Source: Promethearchaeota archaeon (GTDB taxonomy: Archaea; Asgardarchaeota; Lokiarchaeia; Sigyniarchaeales; SOKP01). Taken from it: a DNA stretch of 64,000 nucleotides. Under the pieces are notes generated by a model. It worked only from the letters and a program-made list of their open reading frames with translations, was not told where the DNA came from and did not search any database. Numbering within the stretch: the first letter of the stretch is position 1; every line of letters starts with the position of its first letter. The stretch is taken from NCBI GenBank assembly GCA_019057865.1, contig JAHLWP010000019.1, forward strand, positions 1 through 64,000, in the 5' to 3' direction. Both the position numbers and the translations under genes were made by a program. Positions 52,481 through 61,583 of the stretch are shown here, piece by piece.

Positions 52481-52836
52481 CTCCCTCCCCCGTGTTGCCC
52501 CCTCCTAAAAAAGTGGGGTGGAACTGTTCTAGAATAGTGGTATTTATTCACGCTCATTATTAATTACTATTTTAATCATCAAGGATTTCCAGATTTTAAT
52601 AATAATTGAAGTAGGATGGTATTTCAGCTGAAAAAACAATAATGCGTTATTAAATCAGCTTATAGATATTGTGAATAGCTTAAAAATTAATGCTAACCTA
52701 AAAAGGACATAAGAAAGACATAACAAATATAAGAATTAGAAATTGTACGTTAATTGGATTACTTTTGGCAATAACTTTCAAATATTATTGATTAAGTAAA
52801 GAATAAGTTTTTTTAAATTTTAACGGTTATTTCACG
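52481..52836 (+). repeat. ~357-bp A-B unit copy 3 (site A 52481-52506; site B 52824-52836)
   Basis: Nearly identical to copies 1 and 2. Confidence 0.95.
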
Positions 52837-52855
52837 CTTTTAATCCCTTTAATTT

Positions 52856-55800
52856 TTACTTTTTCAAAAAAGCATCCAAGGACCTTTTTGATATTGTTTT
52901 AGATATTTGCTTAAAAAGTTCTAAGATCAAATCATCAAGTTCGTTTAATTCTAACTCGATCTCTTTTTTTATTTTGCTTCTTATATGTCCAATATGAGAA
53001 CCAGTAATTAATTTTCCCTCATATTTTTCCAATACTTCAGGCAAAATTTTCAAAACTTTGCTGGATAATATTTTACCTTTTGAACTTAATTTTAAATGTA
53101 ATGAATTTAATTTATTAAATTTAGGGATAGGAATCTCCAGAACTTTTTTGTGGATATCTCGAGGCCCCCATTTTCCTTGTGATTGCATAGGTTTTATGAT
53201 ATTATCAATAATATTTGAGTTTAAAATTGCACATAGGTAATATGCTTCATCTTTATTATCGGTTTCATAATGATAACATTTAGTATCTATAATAATTCCT
53301 TGCAATTTAAATTCAAAATTATCACTTTTCATTGTAAGTATTTCTGAATCTTTTACATCAACAACACAGGAAATTAAATATGTGGCAGATGTAGGGTATA
53401 AAACTTTAAATTTTTTATTTGGATCTTGTGTTTCTAAAAGTTTATGATAATTAATTCTTTTATAAATATCCATACTTTCAGCCTTTTCTCCTCTTTTTTC
53501 ATTCCATATTTTTTCGCAATTCTCGAACCATTTACTTAATTTTGAAAATCCTTCTCTTTTTGCTTCTAAAGAATTGATCATTTGATATTGGTCATCTTTA
53601 TTTAAAATAGGTAAAATAACTAAACATGGCTTTAAAAACCCAAATGGAACCATTTCAGTACTAGTAATAACCCCATATAAAAATTTTGATTCTATATTAT
53701 CATGTAATTTAATATCTTTATAATCTGGTTTAGCCATCTTTATAGCTCTTCTAGAAGTTTGTACTAACGGTTTTGTATGATCCATTCCCAATTGCGATTC
53801 TGTAATATCAACGAAAAATAAACTTCTGGGAACAATCGAAGCTCCTTGATGAAATTCATTATAATATTTACTTTTAGTTTTAGAGAGTTCGTGAATAATA
53901 TTTTCCATATTTTTTTCAAATTCATCCAACCAACTTCTTTGACCTAATTGATAAAATTGAAATTGAGTCTTTTTAAATTCGAGATGTTTTTGGGCAATTT
54001 TTAAAGTTATATTTTTTCTCGGCAATTTTCCACTGATTATTGTTCCATCGAGAGGAAATTTATGATCTCCATTTTTTTGTCCAAAAATTATGCAAGAAGA
54101 TATGTTAAATAAAGGATCTACATCTTTCAAGTCAAAAATTTTATAATAGTCAACATCAACTTCTTTTTTAAAATCTTGTTTCCTGAAAATATGATGTTGA
54201 TCACCACTCATAATACCTCTTGGCATTACAAATGAGATTAAACCTTGCTTTTTAAGATAATATTGAGCAGTTCTTATGTAGAATAAAGTTGCAAGTTCCA
54301 TGTGTGTTGTTAATTTAGCCTCTTTTGAGAGTTTATATTCATCAGTTATCATACTCTTTAGCACTTCTTGATATTCAAGATTTCCAATATACCTATAGGA
54401 AAGCCAAGGAGGATTCCCAATGATAAAATCGAATTTCTTCTGAAGTAATGGAGCAAAAGAATTTTTTATAATCCTAGTCCATATTGCATTTAATTTCTTT
54501 TTCTCTAATTCAAAAATTTGAGTATATAATCTCTTAAGTATACGTTCCTCATCATCATTAAATTTAAATTTCTGAAGCCTTTTTACAAAAATATCTGGTT
54601 TTTGTTCAGAAGAAATAGATTCTTCTATAATAGTTAAAATGCTTCCTAAATACTCTCTTTCTACTATTGATGTGGGTAGAATAAATTCACCATATCCAGT
54701 ATACAATTTATAAACATCTCCTTCAATAGTACCCTCCCTTTCTGTAAAAATTGAATCTGCTAAAAAAACAGGAATTTCAATATTAGACTTACGATATCTT
54801 AAATAATCAGCAATTCCTAAAAGATATGTTGTTCTTGCTGTTAGAACTGCTAGAGGATTTAAATCAAAACCAACTATGTTTTTAGTTATAGAATCTAACG
54901 CTTCAGCTATGATAGTATCGGTATAATTGTCAGCAACATATTCCTTAATTTTTGCAATTATACTTACTAAAAAAGTTCCACTACCACATGCTGGATCTAA
55001 AAATCTTAATTTTAATGGATTATCAGAATTCTTTTCTGATTTACCTAATTTAAATTCTTGCTCGTTTATTATTAATTCAGCGACCCAATCTGGAGTATAA
55101 TATTCACCTAAATTATGTCTAACTTCCTGTGGGACAAGATCCTCATACAAGTCTTTAAAAATGTCTCTTATTTCATCAGGTTCTAATTCAACTGTTCCAG
55201 GTTCATAATTAGAAATACCATCTATTATTTCAACCATTGCTTTAGCTATTTCTGAATCCCATTCATATAGATACCAATCAAAGAAATCTGCCTCTAAAAA
55301 GTTTGTTATACCTATTTGATAAAAGATTCCTCCCTTTTCTAAATCTATTAACTCTTGTTTAAGATTATCTATATTTTCTAAATAAGAAGTCTTAAGTCTA
55401 TTTAAATACGACCATAATAAGGAATCACCAAAAAGAGTTGCTATTTCAGCTGCTAGGCATTTCATCAAGATAGCATAATAAGAATGAAGAACAAAAAAAA
55501 ATTTATCTTCATCAATTTTATATTTAAAATGGTAATTTTTTTCAATTCCTTTGAGTTTTTCCGTTGAATAAGAACAAACTCGAGTAAACAACCTTTTCCA
55601 TTCATCAAAAAGCATTTTTGTCCTTTCAGATTTTGGATTATCAACCTTTTTATAAAAAACATCCAATACATTACCTGCAATTATACTTCCAGGACCAAAA
55701 TCTTTGGTTAAAAATTCTGCACTTAATTTCTTCCTCTGAAGCCCTCTAATCGCTTCAATTAATTTAAAAATTGAGAATTTATCTATTTTATCAGGTCCAT

Positions 55801-56203
55801 TTACTTCCCATTTGTCTATTATCGCTCGATATTTAATAAAAATTATTTGAATCCCATCAATAGCAATACCAAAATATCTTCCGTATAATTCTTTTTTTTG
55901 CGCCTTATCTTTGATATAACCTTGAATTTGTTTTACGGTTTTTTTTATATTTTCATGTTTTTCAAAATGTTTGGGTCTCTTATAGTCAATAATCACTTTT
56001 CCATATAGGGCATCAGGTCTTACACCTGTACTAAGCGTAAGTTCATATTGAGCCCATTTAATATTAAACTTTTTGTAAATATGTTCCCTAAATAAAGTTT
56101 CTATGCGAATTTTAATATCTTCTTCGGATTTTGATTCACTTGATGCTATAGATATCTCTTCAAGTAAAAAATTAATATCAATTTCTTGTTTGGTTTCATA
56201 CAT
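52856..56203 (-). CDS. Type IIG-like fused restriction endonuclease/N6-adenine methyltransferase
   Basis: N-terminal RPDALY...IDYKRP; LGEYYTPDW, LDPACGSGTFL, IGNPPW; C-terminal TRD-like region. Confidence 0.85.
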   Translation of the reverse strand: MYETKQEIDINFLLEEISIASSESKSEEDIKIRIETLFREHIYKKFNIKWAQYELTLSTGVRPDALYGKVIIDYKRPKHFEKHENIKKTVKQIQGYIKDKAQKKELYGRYFGIAIDGIQIIFIKYRAIIDKWEVNGPDKIDKFSIFKLIEAIRGLQRKKLSAEFLTKDFGPGSIIAGNVLDVFYKKVDNPKSERTKMLFDEWKRLFTRVCSYSTEKLKGIEKNYHFKYKIDEDKFFFVLHSYYAILMKCLAAEIATLFGDSLLWSYLNRLKTSYLENIDNLKQELIDLEKGGIFYQIGITNFLEADFFDWYLYEWDSEIAKAMVEIIDGISNYEPGTVELEPDEIRDIFKDLYEDLVPQEVRHNLGEYYTPDWVAELIINEQEFKLGKSEKNSDNPLKLRFLDPACGSGTFLVSIIAKIKEYVADNYTDTIIAEALDSITKNIVGFDLNPLAVLTARTTYLLGIADYLRYRKSNIEIPVFLADSIFTEREGTIEGDVYKLYTGYGEFILPTSIVEREYLGSILTIIEESISSEQKPDIFVKRLQKFKFNDDEERILKRLYTQIFELEKKKLNAIWTRIIKNSFAPLLQKKFDFIIGNPPWLSYRYIGNLEYQEVLKSMITDEYKLSKEAKLTTHMELATLFYIRTAQYYLKKQGLISFVMPRGIMSGDQHHIFRKQDFKKEVDVDYYKIFDLKDVDPLFNISSCIIFGQKNGDHKFPLDGTIISGKLPRKNITLKIAQKHLEFKKTQFQFYQLGQRSWLDEFEKNMENIIHELSKTKSKYYNEFHQGASIVPRSLFFVDITESQLGMDHTKPLVQTSRRAIKMAKPDYKDIKLHDNIESKFLYGVITSTEMVPFGFLKPCLVILPILNKDDQYQMINSLEAKREGFSKLSKWFENCEKIWNEKRGEKAESMDIYKRINYHKLLETQDPNKKFKVLYPTSATYLISCVVDVKDSEILTMKSDNFEFKLQGIIIDTKCYHYETDNKDEAYYLCAILNSNIIDNIIKPMQSQGKWGPRDIHKKVLEIPIPKFNKLNSLHLKLSSKGKILSSKVLKILPEVLEKYEGKLITGSHIGHIRSKIKKEIELELNELDDLILELFKQISKTISKRSLDAFLKK

Positions 56204-56302
56204 TTTTGTGGATTTTAGTTTAGTCTTATGAGTTAATAATCGGTTAATCTGAATTTATATCTTTTGGTATAAATAATTTTATCTAAAAATATAAGAGATA
56301 AA

Positions 56303-56551
56303 ATGCAGAAAAAAATAGATGATTTCATTCTCAATAACTCCGACAAAAAGTATGAATTATTGATGCCTTTAGAAGATGATTGCCCCCTTTTAAATAAACA
56401 CCGATTCAATATTATAAATTATTATACCAGAAAAAACAATAATAAAAAACATCTAGTTGATTGGAGAATCTGCATAAATTGTGAACATTTTGTAGGGCAG
56501 GCAAAGATACATAAAGGCTGGCCAAAAATTGCATGTTCATTAAAAGAATAA
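56303..56551 (+). CDS. Small Cys-rich hypothetical protein
   Basis: 82 aa with C, CINC and C residues. Confidence 0.5.
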   Translation: MQKKIDDFILNNSDKKYELLMPLEDDCPLLNKHRFNIINYYTRKNNNKKHLVDWRICINCEHFVGQAKIHKGWPKIACSLKE

Positions 56552-56626
56552 CAATTCTTTAAAAATCCAAGTGTGTTGTTATTTTATATTTAAAATTATA
56601 CTATAGATCTTTTTCTAATAGATATA

Positions 56627-56740
56627 TATATTCTTTCAGTATTTTCATTAGGAAATCAATATTGATACAAATACAGATTTATACCTAAAATATAAGTCGG
56701 TCTATTCAAGATACGTATAGGAAAAAGTTCATGGCATTAT
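56627..56740 (+). repeat. Repeat C copy 2 (weaker partial echo at ~56804-56860)
   Basis: Aligns with 44713-44825. Confidence 0.85.
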
Positions 56741-56986
56741 CTTTTTCAAATTTCAAAAAAATCTATAGCTTTACCGATATAAATACTAAGTATAAATAGT
56801 AGGAATATTGATAGATATACATATTTATACCGAAACAATATTCAATCTATTCAAAATATGCATAATTTTTCTCAAATTCCGATAAATAACTTTAGACCTC
56901 CGTGTATACCTAAAAAAATAGAAATATGTGAACTTTGTTCTCAATAAGTGCAGAGCCCATTATGTTTCAATATTTTCATTTGGAAA

Positions 56987-58320
56987 TTAAATAATATTAT
57001 TATAAGCTAAAATAAGTAGAATAAAACATTCAATAAATTCTGTATCATTAAAAATCCCTAATTTCTGTACCTCTCCAATAATAGAATTTTCAAATGCAAA
57101 AATGATGTTTGAATTAGTATTATGTATATCTGTTAAAAATTCTGACAACTTTTCTCCTTGTTCTACTAAAGAAATTGCTATACCTGGCTTTTCCCCTTCA
57201 TCAATAAAAATGTTTTTCATTATCTTCTTAATATTTTCTTTAATTAATTCAATAGATAATGGATAATTGAAAGCATTAAGCAAAATAACCTCGTTTTCGT
57301 GTTTTTGCATTAATTCATTTAATTTGTTTAATTTTTCTTTAATGGATGAAGGAATCCGATCCCAAATAGCATTAAATAGGGGTGATAATTTATCTTTGTC
57401 TTTAAATATATCTAATACTCTTGCTGGTAAATATAGTGAAAGACTTTGATTGGATTCTCCAATGGGTTCAAGATATCTTAGATCTTTGAGAGAAATTGAA
57501 TCTATATAGTCTACTCTTTTATATAATGTTCTAGTAATCAATCGGTTGAATAAATTTGCTGCATTGGGTGATAATTGAATCATAATTTCAAGAAAGTGCA
57601 AAAAATCACGATCTTCCATCAATTTAAAATGGAAAAAAACTTGCTTTAAAACTTCTTCAAGCTCTTCATCTGGAACTATATTTTTAAGCTCTTCAACTGT
57701 TATATCTAAAATTGCCTTTAGTGTTGTTTCAGCAATTCTTAGAGTTCTATGATATGAAATTCTGGAATAATTAAATTCTCTGCCCACATACATTTGTAAA
57801 ATCGACGTTAACATCCTTTTATTAAAAACTAACTGATTTTTAAAGGTATTACCCTCCTTTTTTATATTTCTTATCAAATAACCTTGAATAATTCTGTGAA
57901 TATCTATATTTCCAAAAGGAGTTCCAGTAAAGTATGCTTCTCTCAGAATATAATCCATTTTATCTACATCAATTGGTCCGTTTATTAAATGCCCAATGTC
58001 ATGGTTGTTAATCCTTAAACCTTCTATTAAAGTAGCAACATTATCTATCTTTATTTTTTCATCTTCAAAGCTATTAATAATTTTAAAGATTTTTTTAAAA
58101 TAATTATTAGGATTTAAATCTAATCCATGAAATTCTTTTAATTCTATAAAAATATCCTTCCCAAGGATTATATTTGCGGTCCTTGCTTCGTGTTTTGGTA
58201 GGATTTTAATTATATTGGGAAAAATGGGCAATAATTTACTTTTAATATCACCAAAAATATTTTCTCCGATATGAGAAAAAGGATAATGCCCTATATCATG
58301 TAACAATGCAGCAATAATAT
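56987..58320 (-). pseudogene. HD-domain phosphohydrolase (dNTPase/SAMHD1-like family), 5'-truncated
   Basis: AALLHDIGH.PFSH..E and IDVDKMDY are present. The upstream QRL/R..HS motifs are absent and the 5' sequence is antisense to a HEPN remnant. Confidence 0.75.
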
Positions 58321-58784
58321 TAGTAGTTACAGCATTAGAGGTGTATATGGAATCAGTTTTTAGAATAGCAGCAACTAAGTTTGAATTAAGCAAACTTAAT
58401 TCAAAAGACTTAGAAAAATTCTGTAATACCTTTCGTCTAAAAATAAGTAAATCAGATATACTATTGCAGGATATATTAGTAGATAGAATTGACTTTCAAA
58501 ATGGTAGGAATTGTAAAATAGCTTTTAAATTAATAGGCATAGATTTACCTGGAATTGATAATACTTTGTGGCAAAGTATCTTCGATGTAAAAAAAAAGGA
58601 AGCATTATGAATTTAAGGCATAGAATTGTTCATACTGGACAAAAAGTAATGTTATCTTACGAATTTACATTCGAGGAGGTTAAAAAAAAAAATAATTGAC
58701 TTGATATCTTATGTATCAAGATTGGAAAACTTAAAAAATAGTTTAAATCTACAAGAGAGAACTATAGTTACTATTTTTGATTAA
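58302..58784 (+). pseudogene. HEPN domain gene, 5'-truncated, with two poly-A frameshifts
   Basis: VVTALEVYMES...FQN...GIDL...W / GSIMNLRHRIVHTG / IIDLISYVSRLE...*; frameshifts at A9 (58589-58597) and A11 (58682-58692). Confidence 0.7.
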
Positions 58785-58785
58785 A

Positions 58786-59028
58786 TTATTCACTTTTCTT
58801 CTTATTCGCAAAAATTTCATATAAATTTCTACAAACTTTCTTAGCATTTCTTCTTGATATTTCGTTCATAGGCCAAGGGGTCTTTTCAGTTCGCTTATAA
58901 CTTGTCCCATCTTTTTTATTAACAGTAAAAATTTTAATTGATTTTCCCATTATGAATTGTTTTGCTTTCTCAGTATATTTTAACTCGCATTGTTTTAGAA
59001 ATTCCTTTTTGATTATTCTTTCCATCAT
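58786..59028 (-). CDS. Small basic hypothetical protein
   Basis: 80 aa ORF only. Confidence 0.4.
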   Translation of the reverse strand: MMERIIKKEFLKQCELKYTEKAKQFIMGKSIKIFTVNKKDGTSYKRTEKTPWPMNEISRRNAKKVCRNLYEIFANKKKSE

Positions 59029-59092
59029 TAAATGAATTCTACTTTTAAGTATTTAAATTTCTAGGAGTATGTAATTAGTAAAAAAAAGATCT

Positions 59093-60368
59093 TCACATAA
59101 AAAATCGATATTGTTTAGGTAAATTTTGAATTTTTCTTGCTCTTGCTTCTTCTAGGATTATTCCGACTCTGTGTGATACTTTCAATGTTATATGATATTT
59201 ACTACAAAATTCAGCATTATTCCAATCTAATTTGGAGAAAGCCATAATTTCAGTTAATAACTGATCATAAGTGGAATCACATTCAAATAATTTAATAGAG
59301 AGAGGCGTAGGCACATGAGCACCAACATATGTATTTAAGGCAGGAACAAACCCAGAAGTATAAAGCAAATGCTCATTATTTGAGATTGATATAACTGTCC
59401 CTCTTACAACTGGATATTGTTCATCTGTATAAAATCTAACACCTTTTTGAAATAGAAACAAAGTTTCGATTAGGGATATCTTTCGTTGCTTCCATAAAAC
59501 CTCTCAATTCTTCTTTTTGAAATTCAGTAGATTTATGAATAACAATCCTTTGAGGATCTTGCCCCATATGATTATTATATTCGTTTATGATTTCTTCCAT
59601 TAATGCTTGGGCTTGAATTTCATCAAGATGAGGATTTCTATCTTGGTTGAAGTTCCATGGAAATGGTTGTCCACGCAAAACATAACTACGGCCTGTATGC
59701 ATAAAAATCTGTGCCATGCTAACTCCCATTAATCCCCCTTGAGCAATATTGTCGGGATAAAAGTCTATTCCAGCATAACAAGTTCCAAGATATAAATCTA
59801 TAACTTTCCAAGGAATTCCTGTGGCCTTATAATAAAGTCCAACTGAAAAATTCCATGCAACCATTGATGGATCTTGTGTTTCTCCTTCTTCCTGAATCCA
59901 AGTCCTTTCGGTAACTAATTGAGTGGGTGTTCTATATTTCAAACCTATAGTTTTAATAATGTTGTGAAAATCAAGATCTCCACCACTCATTTGAGCTGCT
60001 AAAATGGATTTATCACTAAAAGTTCTTTTAACAAATTTAACTATATGTGTTTTCTTACCATGCTTTTGAAAATGGCTCAATTCCTCTTTTAACACGGCTA
60101 ATAAGATTATATGTGATGGTGGCTCTCTAACAATCATAGCTTTTAATTTATTCTCAAAAAGGTTAATAAATTCTTGCCCCATTTCAATTCGGGAGGGTTT
60201 ATTAAGGCAATTTTTAAACTCTTTTCTGGTAATAATATCTTCCCAAGTATTTGATAATATTATTTTACAATTAATCTTTGAAATTTGATAATAATAAATT
60301 AGGTAAAGTTTAATTTGATAATAAATTAGGTAAAGTTTAATTTTTATTGAAGGATGATTAAGAATCAT
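59093..60368 (-). pseudogene. Short prokaryotic Argonaute (MID-PIWI), frameshifted and 5'-damaged
   Basis: DFHNIIK, PTQLV, QD...AWNFSVGLYYKATGIPWK, CYAGIDFY, RIVIHKS / YPVVRGT, LYTSG, KLDWN, RFFM* terminus; frameshift at ~59445. Confidence 0.88.
60291..60343 (+). repeat. 27-bp tandem duplication
   Basis: ataataaattaggtaaagtttaattt(g) x2, at the 5' edge of the pAgo relic. Confidence 0.85.
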
Positions 60369-60514
60369 GCACTAATGAATTCATCCATTTGAATTAATAT
60401 TTTTTCAATTTGAGTTTTAATTTCTTTATTCAACTTTTCAAATTGAGGCATTTCAATCAAATTTTTGATAATTAAAAACCAATTTCTAACTTTAGTTTCA
60501 ATTTCTTCAAACAT
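60365..60514 (-). CDS. 49-aa hypothetical helical peptide
   Basis: MFEEIETKVRNWFLIIKNL...FISA*; stop overlaps the next ATG (ATGA). Confidence 0.3.
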   Translation of the reverse strand: MFEEIETKVRNWFLIIKNLIEMPQFEKLNKEIKTQIEKILIQMDEFISA

Positions 60515-60617
60515 TTTACTTTTGAATAAAAATGAGTTTATAATTATTATTAATCTAAATATTTAATTTACGATCTTTTTAGAAATTGAAATGGAATAAA
60601 TTACCCGTGTTATACTA

Positions 60618-61547
60618 TTATTTATTCAGGAATTTATCAATTTTTAACTGGTTTTTAATTTCTTTAATTCTCATTTTAGCTAAATTAACAAATTCTTGAG
60701 ATATTTCATATCCAACATAATGCCTATTAAGTTCTATTGCTGCAAGTGCTGTTGTGCCACTCCCCATAAATGGATCTAAAATTATATCCCCCTTATATGT
60801 GTAAAATTCAATTAATCGACGAGGAAGCTCTATAGGAAAAGGTGCTGGATGGCCAATTTTTTTAGCAGAAACAGCAGGGAAAGTCCAGATTGATTTTGAC
60901 CATTCAACAAAATCCGACTTCTCAATAGTATTCATTTTTTCACATTTTTCAAGTTTATTTGTAATTTTTGAGAAGATTAAAATATATTCATGCACGTCTC
61001 TGAGACATGGATTACTAGCTGAAGCAAATGATCCCCAAGCAGTTGATACTCCTGCTGAGGCACTTTTATTCCAAATAATCTCGCCCCGCATATGAAAACC
61101 AATTTTATGCATTATATCAATTATATATGCATGGAGGGGAATGTATGGTTTTCTGCCAACGTTTGCGATATTTATTGCAGCTCTGCCACCAAGTACAAGA
61201 ACTCTCCATGTCTCTTCAAAAACTTCTTTAAGTAGAATTAAATATTCTTTAAGAGTTAAATCGTCATCATAATCTTTTGTAACATTATATGGCGGAGAAG
61301 TAATCATAAGATGAACAGAATTATCTGGTAAAAGATTCATCTTTTTACTGTCTCCCTGAATTATATGATTCAAAACATTTGATGGTATTGATTTGGATTT
61401 ATCAATGTATTTGACTTTTCGAGGTTTAGGAAAATTTTGGTATAGTTTAGAATTATAGAATTGAGATGAATCGTGGCTTTCACGTTTAGAAACACCAAAT
61501 GAGCTAGTTTTGCTCCCTTTCTGTGAAGAATTGTTTTCATTTGCCAT
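60618..61547 (-). CDS. Site-specific DNA methyltransferase, beta class (N4-C/N6-A; SPPY suggests m4C)
   Basis: ITSPPYN precedes HPAPFP and DPFMGSGTT. Confidence 0.92.
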   Translation of the reverse strand: MANENNSSQKGSKTSSFGVSKRESHDSSQFYNSKLYQNFPKPRKVKYIDKSKSIPSNVLNHIIQGDSKKMNLLPDNSVHLMITSPPYNVTKDYDDDLTLKEYLILLKEVFEETWRVLVLGGRAAINIANVGRKPYIPLHAYIIDIMHKIGFHMRGEIIWNKSASAGVSTAWGSFASASNPCLRDVHEYILIFSKITNKLEKCEKMNTIEKSDFVEWSKSIWTFPAVSAKKIGHPAPFPIELPRRLIEFYTYKGDIILDPFMGSGTTALAAIELNRHYVGYEISQEFVNLAKMRIKEIKNQLKIDKFLNK

Positions 61548-61583
61548 TATTATTATATTACCATGAAAACTATATAAAATTCA

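Noticed and set aside
11648-52506. Site A as a CRISPR repeat or canonical attC
   Set aside because: Spacing is kilobases with whole genes in between, no cas genes are present, and there are no RYYYAAC/GTTRRRY boxes.
113-58610. Short antisense/overlapping ORFs in the track (e.g. 113-355, 1739-2005, 1935-2246, 10336-10635, 16546-16887, 28729-29034, 30310-30630, 38038-38394, 55465-55680)
   Set aside because: They are shadows of well-supported genes on the other strand or frame, with no motifs. The exception is 58341-58610, reinterpreted as a HEPN remnant.
48378-60368. SIR2 + short pAgo as a SPARSA system
   Set aside because: The genes are ~10 kb apart in different modules, and the SIR2 protein shows no C-terminal APAZ region.
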